A stretch of 64,000 bases of DNA from an uncultured Dysgonomonadaceae bacterium (GCA_964346495.1 CAYFUW010000001.1:23327-87326); one strand, 5' to 3'. Positions 18,358 to 29,007 are shown, numbered from the stretch's first letter. Notes: generated from the letters alone by a model not told the origin. Translations and numbers: made by a program.

Positions 18358-20301
18358 TTAGCGTCTGCCACCAACATCTTGTACAGTACTGCCTGATCTT
18401 CCGGTTTGTATCGGCATAGATACTCCTTGTCTTTGACGCTGTTCTTTTTCTCTCTCCATTTCTTCTCTCAAATTACGTTTCTTACGTACTTGCGGTTTGT
18501 TTTTCGTAATTTCGAGCGGCTTTTGTTCAGATACAGGTGTAGCCAATAAATCCCATTCTTCCTCGTGATCGGTGTATGCTCTTATCTCGTAACCACGCGG
18601 ATAATAGTAAACCTCTTCCGGCTGTCTGCCACTGTGATAATCACCTGTTGTCCAAAGTCCATCCTCGTTATCATCTATAAATAGCCGCGCATAAATTATA
18701 CCCGGATTTATATCGAAAAACAGAGCCTCTCCATTATTGACCATTTTTTTTCGAAAAGGTTTATCCGATTTGTCAAGAAGCTCTACATAAGCAGTTTTAT
18801 TTGGAGGAATTCCGGAAACAAGAAACATAATGTTTCCATACTGGTCGAGCGATTTTACGGAGAAATCTTGTTGCAACTTATCGTTCCACAAATTATTATA
18901 GCTCATAACTGCGGACGAATCTATGGCAAGCCTATATCTGCCGCCCGGATCCCACTTGTGCTTTAAGAGAAATTTTCGTGGATTTAGTGTGTCTGCCTGC
19001 AATTGATAATTTATGGGCTGATAAACAGAGTCGACTAATTGAAATAAAGATGCCTGACTTTTCTCAAACTTATCAACAGGATATTCAAACTCTACATTTA
19101 TCGGGTCATAAACTTCAAAATTTTGACGCATATTATGTTTGATAGATAGAAACTTATCGGTATTTTCTTTTTCTTTTCGCCCTTTACGCGAGTCTCTGTA
19201 TGTCAAATCTATTGTATCACTTTTCCATGAATTGATATTTGTTTCTACATCAGTATTTAGATAGTCTAATTTTATTTTTATACTATCGTGCAAAATAACG
19301 AGCGAATCCATCAACCATAAGGAAATTGTATCATTATGAGCACTTTTTTCCATTAAGTACCAATCCGGATTCGATATTTTTGGTTCGAGCAACGTAAAGT
19401 GAGCCAATTCGGTTGGTGATGCAAAATAGAATGTTAGCTGAGAGCGAGTTTTTCGTTCACTTTTCTGAAAGTAATGTCGCTTAAAGTCAGATTTGAACGT
19501 TCTTAATAGCACATCGTCAGGCAAAAAATGCGTAGAAGTTTTACTTTTAATGGTATCTATGGTTAAACTGTCTGTAAATATGGTATCCGGAACTGTTGTT
19601 ATAATGGTTGTTGGAACAATTATCGAATCGAGAAACGCAATATCCTCCAACGGATTATCATATTTATAATCTCTGTTTAAATCGTTCAAAGCAAATATTT
19701 TATATTTCCCGGGAGCCAGACTTTTTACGGTAAATGCACCTCGCGAATTGGTCCTTGAAATTCTTTCGAAGGGAATAGTTGTAAAAGCAGTGTCACTTAA
19801 GTTGCTATGCATACCAATATATATACCGCTAACTGGCTCCAGATTCTCTGCTGCAAGCACTTTCCCCGATACAGACAATGTGTCTAAAATCTCTCCGGTT
19901 GAAAATGAGATTGAAAAATTTTCCAGAGGATTGCCTTCATTGTAATCGACAATTGCATCGGTAAAATCTATTGTGTAGGTTGTATTTCTCTGTAAACTAT
20001 CGTTTAACTCAACAACAACTCTTTTCCCCAAAGATTTTATTGCTGGTTGATTTAACTGCGGTGGCGTGATAATAACTTTTTCGTTAGCTTTCTCTACTTT
20101 AATGTTTTCATCAAAGAGTATTTCTATCTTGTTGCTCCCGACATTTAGCGAATTAAAATCGGGAGTGGCTTTGAGAACTTTCGGTGGTGTTTCGTCATAA
20201 TCACCACCTGTGGGCAAGGCTATATTGGCACAAGCATATAGAATAACTAAACTTGTGAGTATTATGAAAAGATATTGTAATTGTTTCGGGAGTTTTTTCA
20301 T
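18358..20301 (-). CDS. Ig-like (SbsA/Big_5-type) domain lipoprotein
   Basis: A lipoprotein signal (LYAC) is followed by DETPPKVLKATPDFNSLNV, typical of an SbsA-type Ig domain. The C-terminal tail is basic. Confidence 0.6.
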   Translation of the reverse strand: MKKLPKQLQYLFIILTSLVILYACANIALPTGGDYDETPPKVLKATPDFNSLNVGSNKIEILFDENIKVEKANEKVIITPPQLNQPAIKSLGKRVVVELNDSLQRNTTYTIDFTDAIVDYNEGNPLENFSISFSTGEILDTLSVSGKVLAAENLEPVSGIYIGMHSNLSDTAFTTIPFERISRTNSRGAFTVKSLAPGKYKIFALNDLNRDYKYDNPLEDIAFLDSIIVPTTIITTVPDTIFTDSLTIDTIKSKTSTHFLPDDVLLRTFKSDFKRHYFQKSERKTRSQLTFYFASPTELAHFTLLEPKISNPDWYLMEKSAHNDTISLWLMDSLVILHDSIKIKLDYLNTDVETNINSWKSDTIDLTYRDSRKGRKEKENTDKFLSIKHNMRQNFEVYDPINVEFEYPVDKFEKSQASLFQLVDSVYQPINYQLQADTLNPRKFLLKHKWDPGGRYRLAIDSSAVMSYNNLWNDKLQQDFSVKSLDQYGNIMFLVSGIPPNKTAYVELLDKSDKPFRKKMVNNGEALFFDINPGIIYARLFIDDNEDGLWTTGDYHSGRQPEEVYYYPRGYEIRAYTDHEEEWDLLATPVSEQKPLEITKNKPQVRKKRNLREEMEREKEQRQRQGVSMPIQTGRSGSTVQDVGGRR

Positions 20302-21131
20302 TGAAAATCTGACACATTATTTTTCAACATAATGCCCGTAAGCATCCTGCCCGAATGAATTGATTGGCGACGAGCAGAAAAGAACAATTTATCGTTGCTA
20401 AAAGTGCAATACCTTGTTTTTTCGATACTTTTTTGTGGTACTCCTAATCGCAACAACTCTTGTCGGTTTATCTCTTTCAGGTCTATATGCAATTTCTTTG
20501 TCGATGGATTACGGAAAGAGTTGCGCGCATTTAGCAAAAAGCCTCTGCTTATAAACTCTTTTTCAACATCTTTGCCAATTTCATAATGCTTTAGACTGAT
20601 TGAAGGTCCTATAGCTGCTACAATATTTTCAGGATTCGTATTGTACAAAGAGTGCATCTTCAGAATAGTTTTCTCGACTATTCTTTCTGATGTGCCTCTC
20701 CATCCGGCATGAATAGCAGCAATAGCTTGTTCTTGTTTATCATATAATAATATCGGAACACAATCAGCAGTTGTAACACAGAGAAAAACTCCACGTTCAT
20801 TAGTTATTGAAGCATCATAACCATAAATCTTGTCAATTTTTTCGCCTTTGTCTAATTGAAGGAAATCTGTGTCAACAACAAATACTTCTGAACCGTGTAC
20901 TTGATGCGGTGTGATAAGGTCCTCATGCTTAAGGAAAAAATAACGTGCTAAAGTTGCCCTGTTTTCATATATTTTAGTAGGATCGTCATCGGAGTAATTT
21001 CCCAAATTAAACGAGCTGTATTCACCTTTACATACTCCACCTTTCCTTGTTGTAGAAAAGTGGGCAATCTCCGGATATTGTTCCAGATTTTTAAACAGAA
21101 GCAAATTATTGAATTTTGGATGAGTTATCAT
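20298..21131 (-). CDS. pgeF: Peptidoglycan editing factor PgeF (YfiH/DUF152 laccase-domain protein)
   Basis: Motifs HQVHGSEV, TADCVPILLYD and HAGWRGT are present. The stop overlaps the next start (ATGA). Confidence 0.88.
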   Translation of the reverse strand: MITHPKFNNLLLFKNLEQYPEIAHFSTTRKGGVCKGEYSSFNLGNYSDDDPTKIYENRATLARYFFLKHEDLITPHQVHGSEVFVVDTDFLQLDKGEKIDKIYGYDASITNERGVFLCVTTADCVPILLYDKQEQAIAAIHAGWRGTSERIVEKTILKMHSLYNTNPENIVAAIGPSISLKHYEIGKDVEKEFISRGFLLNARNSFRNPSTKKLHIDLKEINRQELLRLGVPQKSIEKTRYCTFSNDKLFFSARRQSIHSGRMLTGIMLKNNVSDFQ

Positions 21132-21134
21132 ATT

Positions 21135-22262
21135 TTAAAAATCTTCTTCGAAATAATTATCCTCTTCTTCGTCTGACATGTCATCTTCTTCATCAGTATC
21201 AAGCGGCAGAGCCTTTATATCTAAGTTTCTGTGAACAAGCTGTTTGTCAACAGTTGTACTGGGTATAAAATCAAATGAATTTAGTTCCCGCCACAAAATA
21301 TCTTTTAGTTTTGAAATACCAAATCCGGTTACCGATGATATAAAAACATACGGGATAGACGGTAAATCAACAGACAGAGCTTCCATCAACTCTTCATCAA
21401 GCAAATCTGATTTTGAGATAGCCAATACTCTCTGTTTATCAAGTAACTCCGGATTGTATTGAGTTAGTTCATTCAACAAGATATTATACTCCTCCTTTAT
21501 ATCGTCACTATCTGCCGGAACCATGAAAAGCAATAATGAGTTACGCTCAATATGACGAAGGAATCTCAAACCTAAACCTTTACCCTCACTTGCTCCTTCA
21601 ATAATTCCGGGAATATCTGCCATCACGAAAGATTTTCCTTCCATATAGCTTACAATTCCCAAATTTGGCTTTAAAGTAGTAAAAGGATAGTCGGCTATTT
21701 TGGGTTTTGCTGCCGATACAACAGATAGCAACGTAGATTTTCCTGCGTTTGGGTGACCTACCAAGCCCACATCGGCTAGCAACTTCAACTCAAGAATAAT
21801 CCATTTCTCTTCAAAAGGTTCTCCCGGTTGTGCATAACGTGGAGCCTGATTTGTAGATGTTTTAAATCGGGTATTACCCAATCCGCCTCTTCCTCCTTTC
21901 AAAAGTACAACTTCCTGACCATCATCTGTAACATCACACAAAAATTCTCCTGTTTCGGCATCATAGGCAATAGTTCCACATGGTACTTCAATAACAACGT
22001 TCTCGCCATTTTTCCCTGTTCTGTTTGCTCCCGAACCGCTTTCGCCATGTCCTGCAAAAATGTGGCGTTGATAACGCAAATGAAGCAAAGTCCAGTGGTG
22101 TCTGCTCCCTTTCAGAATAATATCACCACCGTCGCCGCCATCGCCGCCATCGGGACCACCTTTTGGTATATATTTTTCTCTTCTAAAGTGAGTTGAACCT
22201 CTACCACCTTTACCCGAACGGCAAAATATTTTTATGTAATCTACAAAGTTCACTTCTGCCAC
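21135..22262 (-). CDS. obg: GTPase Obg/CgtA
   Basis: It has an Obg fold with GGDGGDGG, a G-domain ([15 protein letters not shown]) and an acidic tail. Confidence 0.95.
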   Translation of the reverse strand: MAEVNFVDYIKIFCRSGKGGRGSTHFRREKYIPKGGPDGGDGGDGGDIILKGSRHHWTLLHLRYQRHIFAGHGESGSGANRTGKNGENVVIEVPCGTIAYDAETGEFLCDVTDDGQEVVLLKGGRGGLGNTRFKTSTNQAPRYAQPGEPFEEKWIILELKLLADVGLVGHPNAGKSTLLSVVSAAKPKIADYPFTTLKPNLGIVSYMEGKSFVMADIPGIIEGASEGKGLGLRFLRHIERNSLLLFMVPADSDDIKEEYNILLNELTQYNPELLDKQRVLAISKSDLLDEELMEALSVDLPSIPYVFISSVTGFGISKLKDILWRELNSFDFIPSTTVDKQLVHRNLDIKALPLDTDEEDDMSDEEEDNYFEEDF

Positions 22263-22837
22263 TTATTTTTGTGTGATGATATCTCTTTTTCGATAGAATT
22301 AAAAATTTCTTCTATTGTGCCAATACCCTTTATCTCAATTAATTTCCCTTGTTTGCCATAAAATGTTTTTAAAGGAGCTGTCTGTTTATGAAAAACCTCC
22401 AGACGCGATTCAATAACTTTCAGATTATCATCTGAACGTCCTGACTCTTTACCTCTGTTTAGCAAACGAGTCATCAATTCATCATCGTCAACCTCTAAAC
22501 TAAAAACAAGAGTTATTTCTTTATCCAGCTTACTTAAAATAACGTCCAGAGCTTCGCCTTGAGCCAAAGTTCTGGGAAAACCGTCAAAAATAAAGCCGTT
22601 AGTGCTCACATTTTCGGTTATTAAATCTTCAAGCATAGGAATAACTATGTCATCCGGAACTAATTGACCCTTAGAAATATAACTATCAGCTAATTTCCCG
22701 AGCTGAGTCCCTTTTTTAATTTTTTCTCTCAGTATCTCTCCTGTTGAAACATATTTTAATCCATGCTCTTTTATTATCAGCTCGCTCTGTGTGCCCTTGC
22801 CTGAGCCTGGCGCTCCAAATATTACAATATTTAACAT
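22250..22837 (-). CDS. adk: Adenylate kinase
   Basis: The P-loop is [13 protein letters not shown] moved the start to the Met preceding the P-loop (MLNIVIFG). The gene overlaps obg by 13 nt. Confidence 0.92.
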   Translation of the reverse strand: MLNIVIFGAPGSGKGTQSELIIKEHGLKYVSTGEILREKIKKGTQLGKLADSYISKGQLVPDDIVIPMLEDLITENVSTNGFIFDGFPRTLAQGEALDVILSKLDKEITLVFSLEVDDDELMTRLLNRGKESGRSDDNLKVIESRLEVFHKQTAPLKTFYGKQGKLIEIKGIGTIEEIFNSIEKEISSHKNKWQK

Positions 22838-22867
22838 ATAAACAATTATTATAATTTGAATATCTTG

Positions 22868-22875
22868 CAAAGATA
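22868..22875 (-). promoter_or_regulatory. -7 box upstream of the adk-obg-pgeF string
   Basis: The reverse complement reads TATCTTTG, 31 nt upstream of the adk ATG at 22837. Confidence 0.45.
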
Positions 22876-22961
22876 CAAGTTTTTTTATTCTAGCATGAAT
22901 CAGATTGAACTAAAATGGCAATAAATCCGTTTTATTATTGAATTTTAATGCAATACAAGAT

Positions 22962-23273
22962 ATGAATAAACAAGAATTTAAAGAGAGAACACATAAATTA
23001 TTAGATCAGCTCGAAGAAAGAATTGCCGAAATGAAGGTAGATATAGCAAATATAGCCGAAGATGCTAAGATAGAATATGCAGAGCAGATTGAGAAATTAA
23101 GCAGTCTGAGAGACGATTTGGCAGAGAAACTAAACCAGTTTGAAGCTGTTGCGGATAGTAAATGGGATATTATAAAAGAGGGTGCATCTAACTTTTTTGA
23201 AGCTGTTGCCGAAGCATGGAAAGAGAACTATGCAAAGGTTGTTAATTCTTTTAGAAAAGAGAAAGAAGAATAA
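22962..23273 (+). CDS. Hypothetical coiled-coil protein
   Basis: About 103 aa from the first ATG. It is helical and charged with no recognisable motif, and is followed by a hairpin terminator. Confidence 0.45.
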   Translation: MNKQEFKERTHKLLDQLEERIAEMKVDIANIAEDAKIEYAEQIEKLSSLRDDLAEKLNQFEAVADSKWDIIKEGASNFFEAVAEAWKENYAKVVNSFRKEKEE

Positions 23274-23325
23274 GATAAAGAAGACGAATAAAAAACCACA
23301 CATCTTTACAGATTAATACATAAAA

Positions 23326-23362
23326 AAATCTGCCTGAATTTATTCAAGCAGATTTTATTTTG
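23326..23362. terminator. Hairpin terminator between the convergent hypothetical gene and the peroxiredoxin gene
   Basis: The stem pairs AAATCTGCCTGAA with TTCAAGCAGATTT (one mismatch) and is flanked by A- and T-rich runs. Confidence 0.6.
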
Positions 23363-23408
23363 ACATAATGAAACTACAGTCTTAATAATACATTAATTTG
23401 TGGTTTTT

Positions 23409-24134
23409 TTAATTTTTCAACAATGCGTTGTCAATTGTCTCTTTCGATAATTTTTTTGTACAGAAGAACCAATCGTAGCAATGCATTTCATCTTCTGAAG
23501 TTTCCATACGCTCTTGTGCAACTCCGCAAGATCCTGCTGTAGGAACTATTACGTCATCGCCCGGTCTCCAGTCTGCCGGTAAAGCTACTCCAAACTCTTC
23601 AGCTGTTTGCAATCCGATAAGAATGCGCTTTATCTCGTCAAAGTTGCGTCCTAAAGCAATCGGATAATATAGAATCGTACGAATTATTCCTTTCGGGTCA
23701 ACGAAGAATACTGCGCGAACCGCTTGTGTGGAATTTTCATTTGGCTGAATCATACCATATTTCTTTGCTACATTCATAGAAATATCTTCAATCAATGGGA
23801 AAGTAACTTCCACATTTTTCATGCCTTTATATTCGATTTTTTCTTTTATTGTTCTTAACCATGCAATATGGCTGTACAATCCGTCAACCGAAAGACCTAC
23901 AAGCTGAGTATTGAGTGCTTCAAACTCTTTTTGCATAGTTGCAAAAGTCATAAATTCTGAAGTACAAACCGGTGTAAAGTCTGCAGGGTGACTGAAAAGT
24001 ATCGACCATTTTCCGGCGTAATCTTCCGGGAAGTTAATAGTACCTTGTGTTGTTACTGCTGTAAATGAAGGTGCTTTTTCGCCAATTCTTGGCATTGGTG
24101 TTAAGTTGTTTTCTAAATTTGTTTCCATATTCAT
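23409..24134 (-). CDS. Peroxiredoxin (1-Cys/Prx6-like, AhpC/TSA family)
   Basis: The active site is FSHPADFTPVCTSEF, followed by a long Prx6-type C-terminal extension. Confidence 0.9.
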   Translation of the reverse strand: MNMETNLENNLTPMPRIGEKAPSFTAVTTQGTINFPEDYAGKWSILFSHPADFTPVCTSEFMTFATMQKEFEALNTQLVGLSVDGLYSHIAWLRTIKEKIEYKGMKNVEVTFPLIEDISMNVAKKYGMIQPNENSTQAVRAVFFVDPKGIIRTILYYPIALGRNFDEIKRILIGLQTAEEFGVALPADWRPGDDVIVPTAGSCGVAQERMETSEDEMHCYDWFFCTKKLSKETIDNALLKN

Positions 24135-24173
24135 ATTTTAGTGTTAATTAGTTGTTTATTAATTCTTACAGTA

Positions 24174-24181
24174 CAAAGATA
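24174..24181 (-). promoter_or_regulatory. -7 box upstream of the peroxiredoxin gene
   Basis: The reverse complement reads TATCTTTG, 40 nt upstream of the start. Confidence 0.45.
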
Positions 24182-24412
24182 ATGGACATTCTTAATATAT
24201 AAAAATGATATAAATATTTACAATATAGAATAGATTTATACTATTAGCTCAGATGTAAGTATTTGTCCGATTACTGAAGTCAGATGTTGAAAGCTGTCTT
24301 TGTTACTTGCTCATTGTTCTATGTTCTAAAAAAACCGTTAATAATTAGCTGAAAAAATCTCAGATTAATATTATTTATGCAACATCTATGCTATTTTTCA
24401 AACTTGTTTCAC

Positions 24413-24420
24413 TACATTTG
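24413..24420 (+). promoter_or_regulatory. -7 box upstream of the lipoprotein gene and glmM
   Basis: TACATTTG lies 27 nt upstream of the ATG at 24448. Confidence 0.45.
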
Positions 24421-24447
24421 CAGACAATTATTAATAAAATCGCAAAA

Positions 24448-25020
24448 ATGAAAAGGAAATACTATCTGTTCTTATTGGTACTGGTTTCATCAGTTGCACT
24501 AATTTCGTGCAAAAAAGGAAAAACGTATGCCGACAGACTTAGAGACGAGATAAAAATAATAGACAAGTTTATTATTAATAATGGAATTAAAGTATTGGAT
24601 GAATTTCCAAAAGATACTGTATTTAAACCTAATGAGTTTTATCGGGATCCTGTAACAGGTGTGTATATCAACATTATCGAAAAAGGTGGCGATAGGAAAG
24701 CTAAAAACGGAGAAGAGATATATATCAGATACGACGGATATAGAATTATTTCTGCTGAAAACGATACTGCTACCTACTCTACAATGCAATCTGAAAAACC
24801 GAACACCCTGGTATATCGCGGTGTAGTTACTCTAGAAAATAGAGACAGACTATATGGAAGCACAACACCGGCATGGGTAGTCCCGCTCAGTTTTATCGGA
24901 CACCTGGGCAGAGTAAAAATAATTGTACCTTTTAATATGGGTTCACAAGGTGAAAGACAAAACTATCACACAACATATTACGACTTGGTAACTTACAATT
25001 TTGAAGATCACAAAAAATAA
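24448..25020 (+). CDS. Lipoprotein, possibly DUF4827 family
   Basis: A lipobox is present (VALISCKKG). I chose the start at MKRKYY, 27 nt downstream of a TAnnTTTG box. It lies 3 nt upstream of glmM. Confidence 0.55.
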   Translation: MKRKYYLFLLVLVSSVALISCKKGKTYADRLRDEIKIIDKFIINNGIKVLDEFPKDTVFKPNEFYRDPVTGVYINIIEKGGDRKAKNGEEIYIRYDGYRIISAENDTATYSTMQSEKPNTLVYRGVVTLENRDRLYGSTTPAWVVPLSFIGHLGRVKIIVPFNMGSQGERQNYHTTYYDLVTYNFEDHKK

Positions 25021-25023
25021 CAT

Positions 25024-26409
25024 ATGACACTTATCAAATCTATTTCCGGAATTAGAGGAACTATAGGTGGTGAAGTTGGAAATAATCTCACCCCGATAGA
25101 TATTGTTAAATTTGCTGCTGCATACGCTGCTTTTATTAAGAGAAATCCTTCTAAAAACGAAAAAACGAAGATAATATTGGGACGCGATGCCCGCATTTCG
25201 GGCCCAATGGTTCACAGTATTATTTCAGGCACGTTGATTGGAATGGGATGCGATGTAGTTGATATTGACTTAGCAACTACTCCAACAACAGAAATAGCTG
25301 TTGTAAAAGAGAAAGCCGACGGTGGAATCATTATTACAGCAAGCCACAATCCAAAACAGTGGAATGCTCTAAAACTCCTAAACAATAAAGGTGAGTTTTT
25401 AAGTGCTAACGAAGGACGTGAAATATTGAAGATAGCGGAAAAAGAAGATTTCACTTTTGTACAAGTGGATGAATTGGGCGAAGTTATCACCAAACAGTTC
25501 TTACATGAGCATATCCACAGCATCCTTACTCTGGAGCTGGTTGATGCAGAGGCAATCAAAGCAGCAAACTTTAGAGTTGCAGTTGATGCAGTAAACTCTG
25601 TAGGTGGTATGGCTGTGCCCGAACTACTATATGCCCTTGGCGTGAAGGAAGTTTTTAAACTTCATTGTGCTATGCATGGAAATTTTTCGCACAATCCCGA
25701 ACCTCTTCCTCAAAACTTGACAGAGCTTTCTTCTTTGATGAAAAGCTCAAATGCTGACGTTGGCTTTGCGGTTGATCCTGATGTTGACCGATTAGTTATT
25801 TATGCCGAGAATGGTGAACCGTTTGGCGAGGAGTATACTTTAGTTGCTGTTTCGGATTATGTTTTACAACACACACCCGGAAACACTGTTTCAAATTTGA
25901 GCTCTACTCGTGCGCTTCGCGATGTTACCGAAAAGCATGGCGGTAAATATTTTGCTGCTGCGGTTGGTGAAGTGAATGTAGTTGAGATGATGAAAGCTAA
26001 AAATGCAGTTATCGGCGGTGAAGGAAATGGCGGTGTTATTTACCCTGCATCACACTACGGACGCGATGCTTTGGTTGGTATAGCGTTGTTCTTAACCCAA
26101 CTTGCCAAATCGGGTAAAAAAGTTAGCGAGTTGAGAGCGGAATACCCGTCATATTTTATGTCGAAACAGAAAATCGACCTTACTCCCGATATTGATATTG
26201 ACAAACTATTACAACAGATAAAAGAGAAGTTTGCTAATGAGCAGGTTACTGATATTGACGGTGTGAAAATCGATTTCCCCGATAAATGGGTACATCTGCG
26301 AAAATCGAATACAGAACCAATTATTCGCATCTACTCCGAAGCAAAATCACAAGAAGAGGCCGATGCAATTGGTGCACAAATAATCGAAATTATAAAAGAG
26401 ATGTTTTAA
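25024..26409 (+). CDS. glmM: Phosphoglucosamine mutase / phosphohexomutase
   Basis: It has the active-site loop ITASHNP and the metal loop DPDVDR, with a four-domain length of 461 aa. Confidence 0.85.
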   Translation: MTLIKSISGIRGTIGGEVGNNLTPIDIVKFAAAYAAFIKRNPSKNEKTKIILGRDARISGPMVHSIISGTLIGMGCDVVDIDLATTPTTEIAVVKEKADGGIIITASHNPKQWNALKLLNNKGEFLSANEGREILKIAEKEDFTFVQVDELGEVITKQFLHEHIHSILTLELVDAEAIKAANFRVAVDAVNSVGGMAVPELLYALGVKEVFKLHCAMHGNFSHNPEPLPQNLTELSSLMKSSNADVGFAVDPDVDRLVIYAENGEPFGEEYTLVAVSDYVLQHTPGNTVSNLSSTRALRDVTEKHGGKYFAAAVGEVNVVEMMKAKNAVIGGEGNGGVIYPASHYGRDALVGIALFLTQLAKSGKKVSELRAEYPSYFMSKQKIDLTPDIDIDKLLQQIKEKFANEQVTDIDGVKIDFPDKWVHLRKSNTEPIIRIYSEAKSQEEADAIGAQIIEIIKEMF

Positions 26410-26411
26410 AC

Positions 26412-26552
26412 GTCGGGATTGCAAATCCCTCCAACAAGACTATAAAAGATATGTTATAATAGGACTTTATAAAAATATAAACCGCATAAAAACATTAGTT
26501 TATATGCGGTTTTTTATATTTCCATCTAGTCGGAGGGATTTGTAATCCCGAC
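26412..26552. repeat. Inverted pair of module A bracketing a terminator
   Basis: 26412-26435 and 26529-26552 are reverse complements of each other (22/24). Confidence 0.75.
26480..26516. terminator. Bidirectional terminator between glmM and the DUF368 gene
   Basis: The stem pairs AACCGCATA with TATGCGGTT and is flanked by an A-run and a T6 run. Confidence 0.7.
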
Positions 26553-26565
26553 AACTCACTGCTAA

Positions 26566-27474
26566 CTAAAACAAATCCTCCCTAGGATACTTCTCTTCTA
26601 CTTTGCTGAATAAGTATGAACAAATTGTTCCAATTATCAGCAATATCAAGCAAAAAATAAATGCTCCACCAAATGATAGTCCACTTGCAATTAGTCCTTC
26701 TTGTGAAAAAGCAGGAAATACAATTGCCGGGAAAATAGCTGTCGATGAACCCAGTACCATTCCTAAAATAAAATGATACATCCCGGCGTAATATTTTTTA
26801 AACAAGTAGGCTGCAAGTTTGGCAAAAAGAATTACACAGATAATCGCACCAAGAATAAGCGGAATAATTACCGCTAAATCGCCGTTTTTAATTCCCGTAG
26901 CCATTTTATCATACAAGCCAAAATAAATAAGAAAATTCGACGGACTCATTCCCGGTACTATCAAACCAAGTCCTATTAGCGCTCCCGAACCAAACCAAGC
27001 CGGTATAGTTGGGGCAACTTCGGTAAGTTGTTGCTCGCCTATCATCATCAGTCCGAAAATAGCTAAAGCTGAAACAAACATAATTACTATGTCTTTGGCT
27101 TTTCGGCCTTGCTTGCCGGCTGTTTTGTAGAGCGAAGGGAAAGTTCCTAATACGAACCCTACAAAAAGGCAAACAAATTGTGCGGCATATTTTCCAAAAG
27201 CTTTTTCAACCACTATTGAAAACAAGAACACACCTATCATTAGTCCAATTCCAACAGGAATAAAGAAAATTACGTTTTTGATAAAATCCTTTTTCAGGTT
27301 GGCAAGGAAAGCCAAAATTCGGTCATATATTCCAAGAATAACAGCCAATACACCGCCCGAAAGCCCGGGAAGAATAAATCCAATTCCGATAATAATCCCT
27401 TTTACCAAGCGAATAATCCAATCCGAAACCGGATTAAGTGTTTTAACAGTTTTTTCTTCTTTTAAATTCTGCAT
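26566..27474 (-). CDS. DUF368 family membrane protein (undecaprenyl-phosphate translocase-like)
   Basis: A polytopic protein of 302 aa with duplicated GLSGG / PGMSPS motifs. Confidence 0.78.
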   Translation of the reverse strand: MQNLKEEKTVKTLNPVSDWIIRLVKGIIIGIGFILPGLSGGVLAVILGIYDRILAFLANLKKDFIKNVIFFIPVGIGLMIGVFLFSIVVEKAFGKYAAQFVCLFVGFVLGTFPSLYKTAGKQGRKAKDIVIMFVSALAIFGLMMIGEQQLTEVAPTIPAWFGSGALIGLGLIVPGMSPSNFLIYFGLYDKMATGIKNGDLAVIIPLILGAIICVILFAKLAAYLFKKYYAGMYHFILGMVLGSSTAIFPAIVFPAFSQEGLIASGLSFGGAFIFCLILLIIGTICSYLFSKVEEKYPREDLF

Positions 27475-27565
27475 TTTTTTGATATTTTATTTTACCGCAA
27501 ATAGGCTAAAAGTTCACTATTTTTAATATTCCGACTTCAAACCTGTAACCCGAAACACGCAAACC

Positions 27566-28951
27566 TCAACAAACAACACACAGTTCATCATTCAATGCTA
27601 TAACTGCATCTTCGTATCTGTCGCGAGAAATAACAAATTGCATATTAACCTGCATAAGCGATTGAGCAAAACTTTCAACATTTATTCCTTTCTCATATAG
27701 AGCTTTCGATGCCCTATATAAAAAGCCGGGCATTGCTATATTTGTTCCCATTGCAGAAACAATTGCTGCCGGCATAACAGTAACATGAGAATAGGCTTCT
27801 TTCAAAACTTTAATGAGTTCCAAACTTTTTTCATCTTCCCAAACTACGATGGTAATAGAGTTTGCATTGGTAGATTTTAGGATATAACTTACACCTTGTT
27901 GTTGAAAATAGGTCATAATGCGTAAATCGTAGCCAACTTCGCCAACCATCATCGGGTCGTGAATTTCGATAGCGATAACTTTTCTTGTACCTGAAACGAT
28001 TTCCACTCTCGGTTCGGGCGAAACGTAATCGCGAGAAATAAGCGTTCCCGGATGTTCAGGCTGGAAAGTGTTCTTTATGCGAATATTTATACCTGCCAAT
28101 TCCAGAGGTTTTGACGCTTTCGGATGAATCGCTTCCATACCTATATCGGCTAACTGGTCGGCGATAATATAGTTTGTTTGTCCAACTGGAATGCTCTTTT
28201 CGACACCCACAATTTTCGGGTCGGCACTCGATAGATGATACTCTTTGTGGATAACTGCTTCATCAGCTTTAACTTCCACAGCTATTTTACTGAACGTAAC
28301 TTCGGAGTATCCTCTGTCGAACGCACGCATAATTCCCTCTGTACCTTTGGTATATCCGGTTGCGATACACAAAACATTGTCAAAATCGATTCCGTTAAAT
28401 TCTCTGTGGATGCGCTCGTCGATAGTTAATGGTTCGTTATCGTTAAATCCGCATAAATCTATAAATCGGGCATTTATTCCGTTATTATTCAATATGTTTA
28501 CCGAATTCCAACCAGAATGTGCTTCACCGATTGAAGCCAAAATCTCTCGAGCCGCCAAATGAATATCTTCCATATTTACATATCCCGATGCGAGAACTTT
28601 CCTCAAACTGTAAAGCAAGGTTTTGGATTGGTCAACACGAAAACGAATAAAATCACGTGCCTCTTTCAAATCCAAACCAATATCGGCAAATCCGTCGTTT
28701 ATAAGCAACAGTCGCTGGCAAAACGAATCTAATGCGCTACTGTAATCTTCGCCGTTCAGGAACTTGTTGTATATACCCGGTTCACCCGTTTTTTTGTGTT
28801 CCAACAACCAATTTGTAACATTGTTATATGCCGAAACCACAAAAATACGATTATACAACTCATCGCCTTTGCGATTTCCTTTTATAATGTTTTGCAGCAC
28901 ATCTTGAAACTGCGACATTGATGTTCCGCCTATTTTTTCAACTGTTAGCAT
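27566..28951 (-). CDS. Aspartate kinase
   Basis: It has an amino-acid kinase N-terminus (VEKIGGTSM) and C-terminal ACT-like repeats; 461 aa. Confidence 0.78.
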   Translation of the reverse strand: MLTVEKIGGTSMSQFQDVLQNIIKGNRKGDELYNRIFVVSAYNNVTNWLLEHKKTGEPGIYNKFLNGEDYSSALDSFCQRLLLINDGFADIGLDLKEARDFIRFRVDQSKTLLYSLRKVLASGYVNMEDIHLAAREILASIGEAHSGWNSVNILNNNGINARFIDLCGFNDNEPLTIDERIHREFNGIDFDNVLCIATGYTKGTEGIMRAFDRGYSEVTFSKIAVEVKADEAVIHKEYHLSSADPKIVGVEKSIPVGQTNYIIADQLADIGMEAIHPKASKPLELAGINIRIKNTFQPEHPGTLISRDYVSPEPRVEIVSGTRKVIAIEIHDPMMVGEVGYDLRIMTYFQQQGVSYILKSTNANSITIVVWEDEKSLELIKVLKEAYSHVTVMPAAIVSAMGTNIAMPGFLYRASKALYEKGINVESFAQSLMQVNMQFVISRDRYEDAVIALNDELCVVC

Positions 28952-28993
28952 AGTTCGATATATAATATTTTACGAATTACGATTTTTAAAGTA

Positions 28994-29001
28994 CAAAGAT
29001 A
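28994..29001 (-). promoter_or_regulatory. -7 box upstream of the aspartate kinase gene
   Basis: The reverse complement reads TATCTTTG, 43 nt upstream of the start. Confidence 0.45.
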
Positions 29002-29007
29002 GAAAAA

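Noticed and set aside
22250-22262. The obg/adk 13 nt overlap and the ATGA overlaps (20298-20301, 50602-50605) as programmed frameshift sites
   Set aside because: These are ordinary translationally coupled overlaps between complete genes, and no slippery heptamer is needed to explain them.
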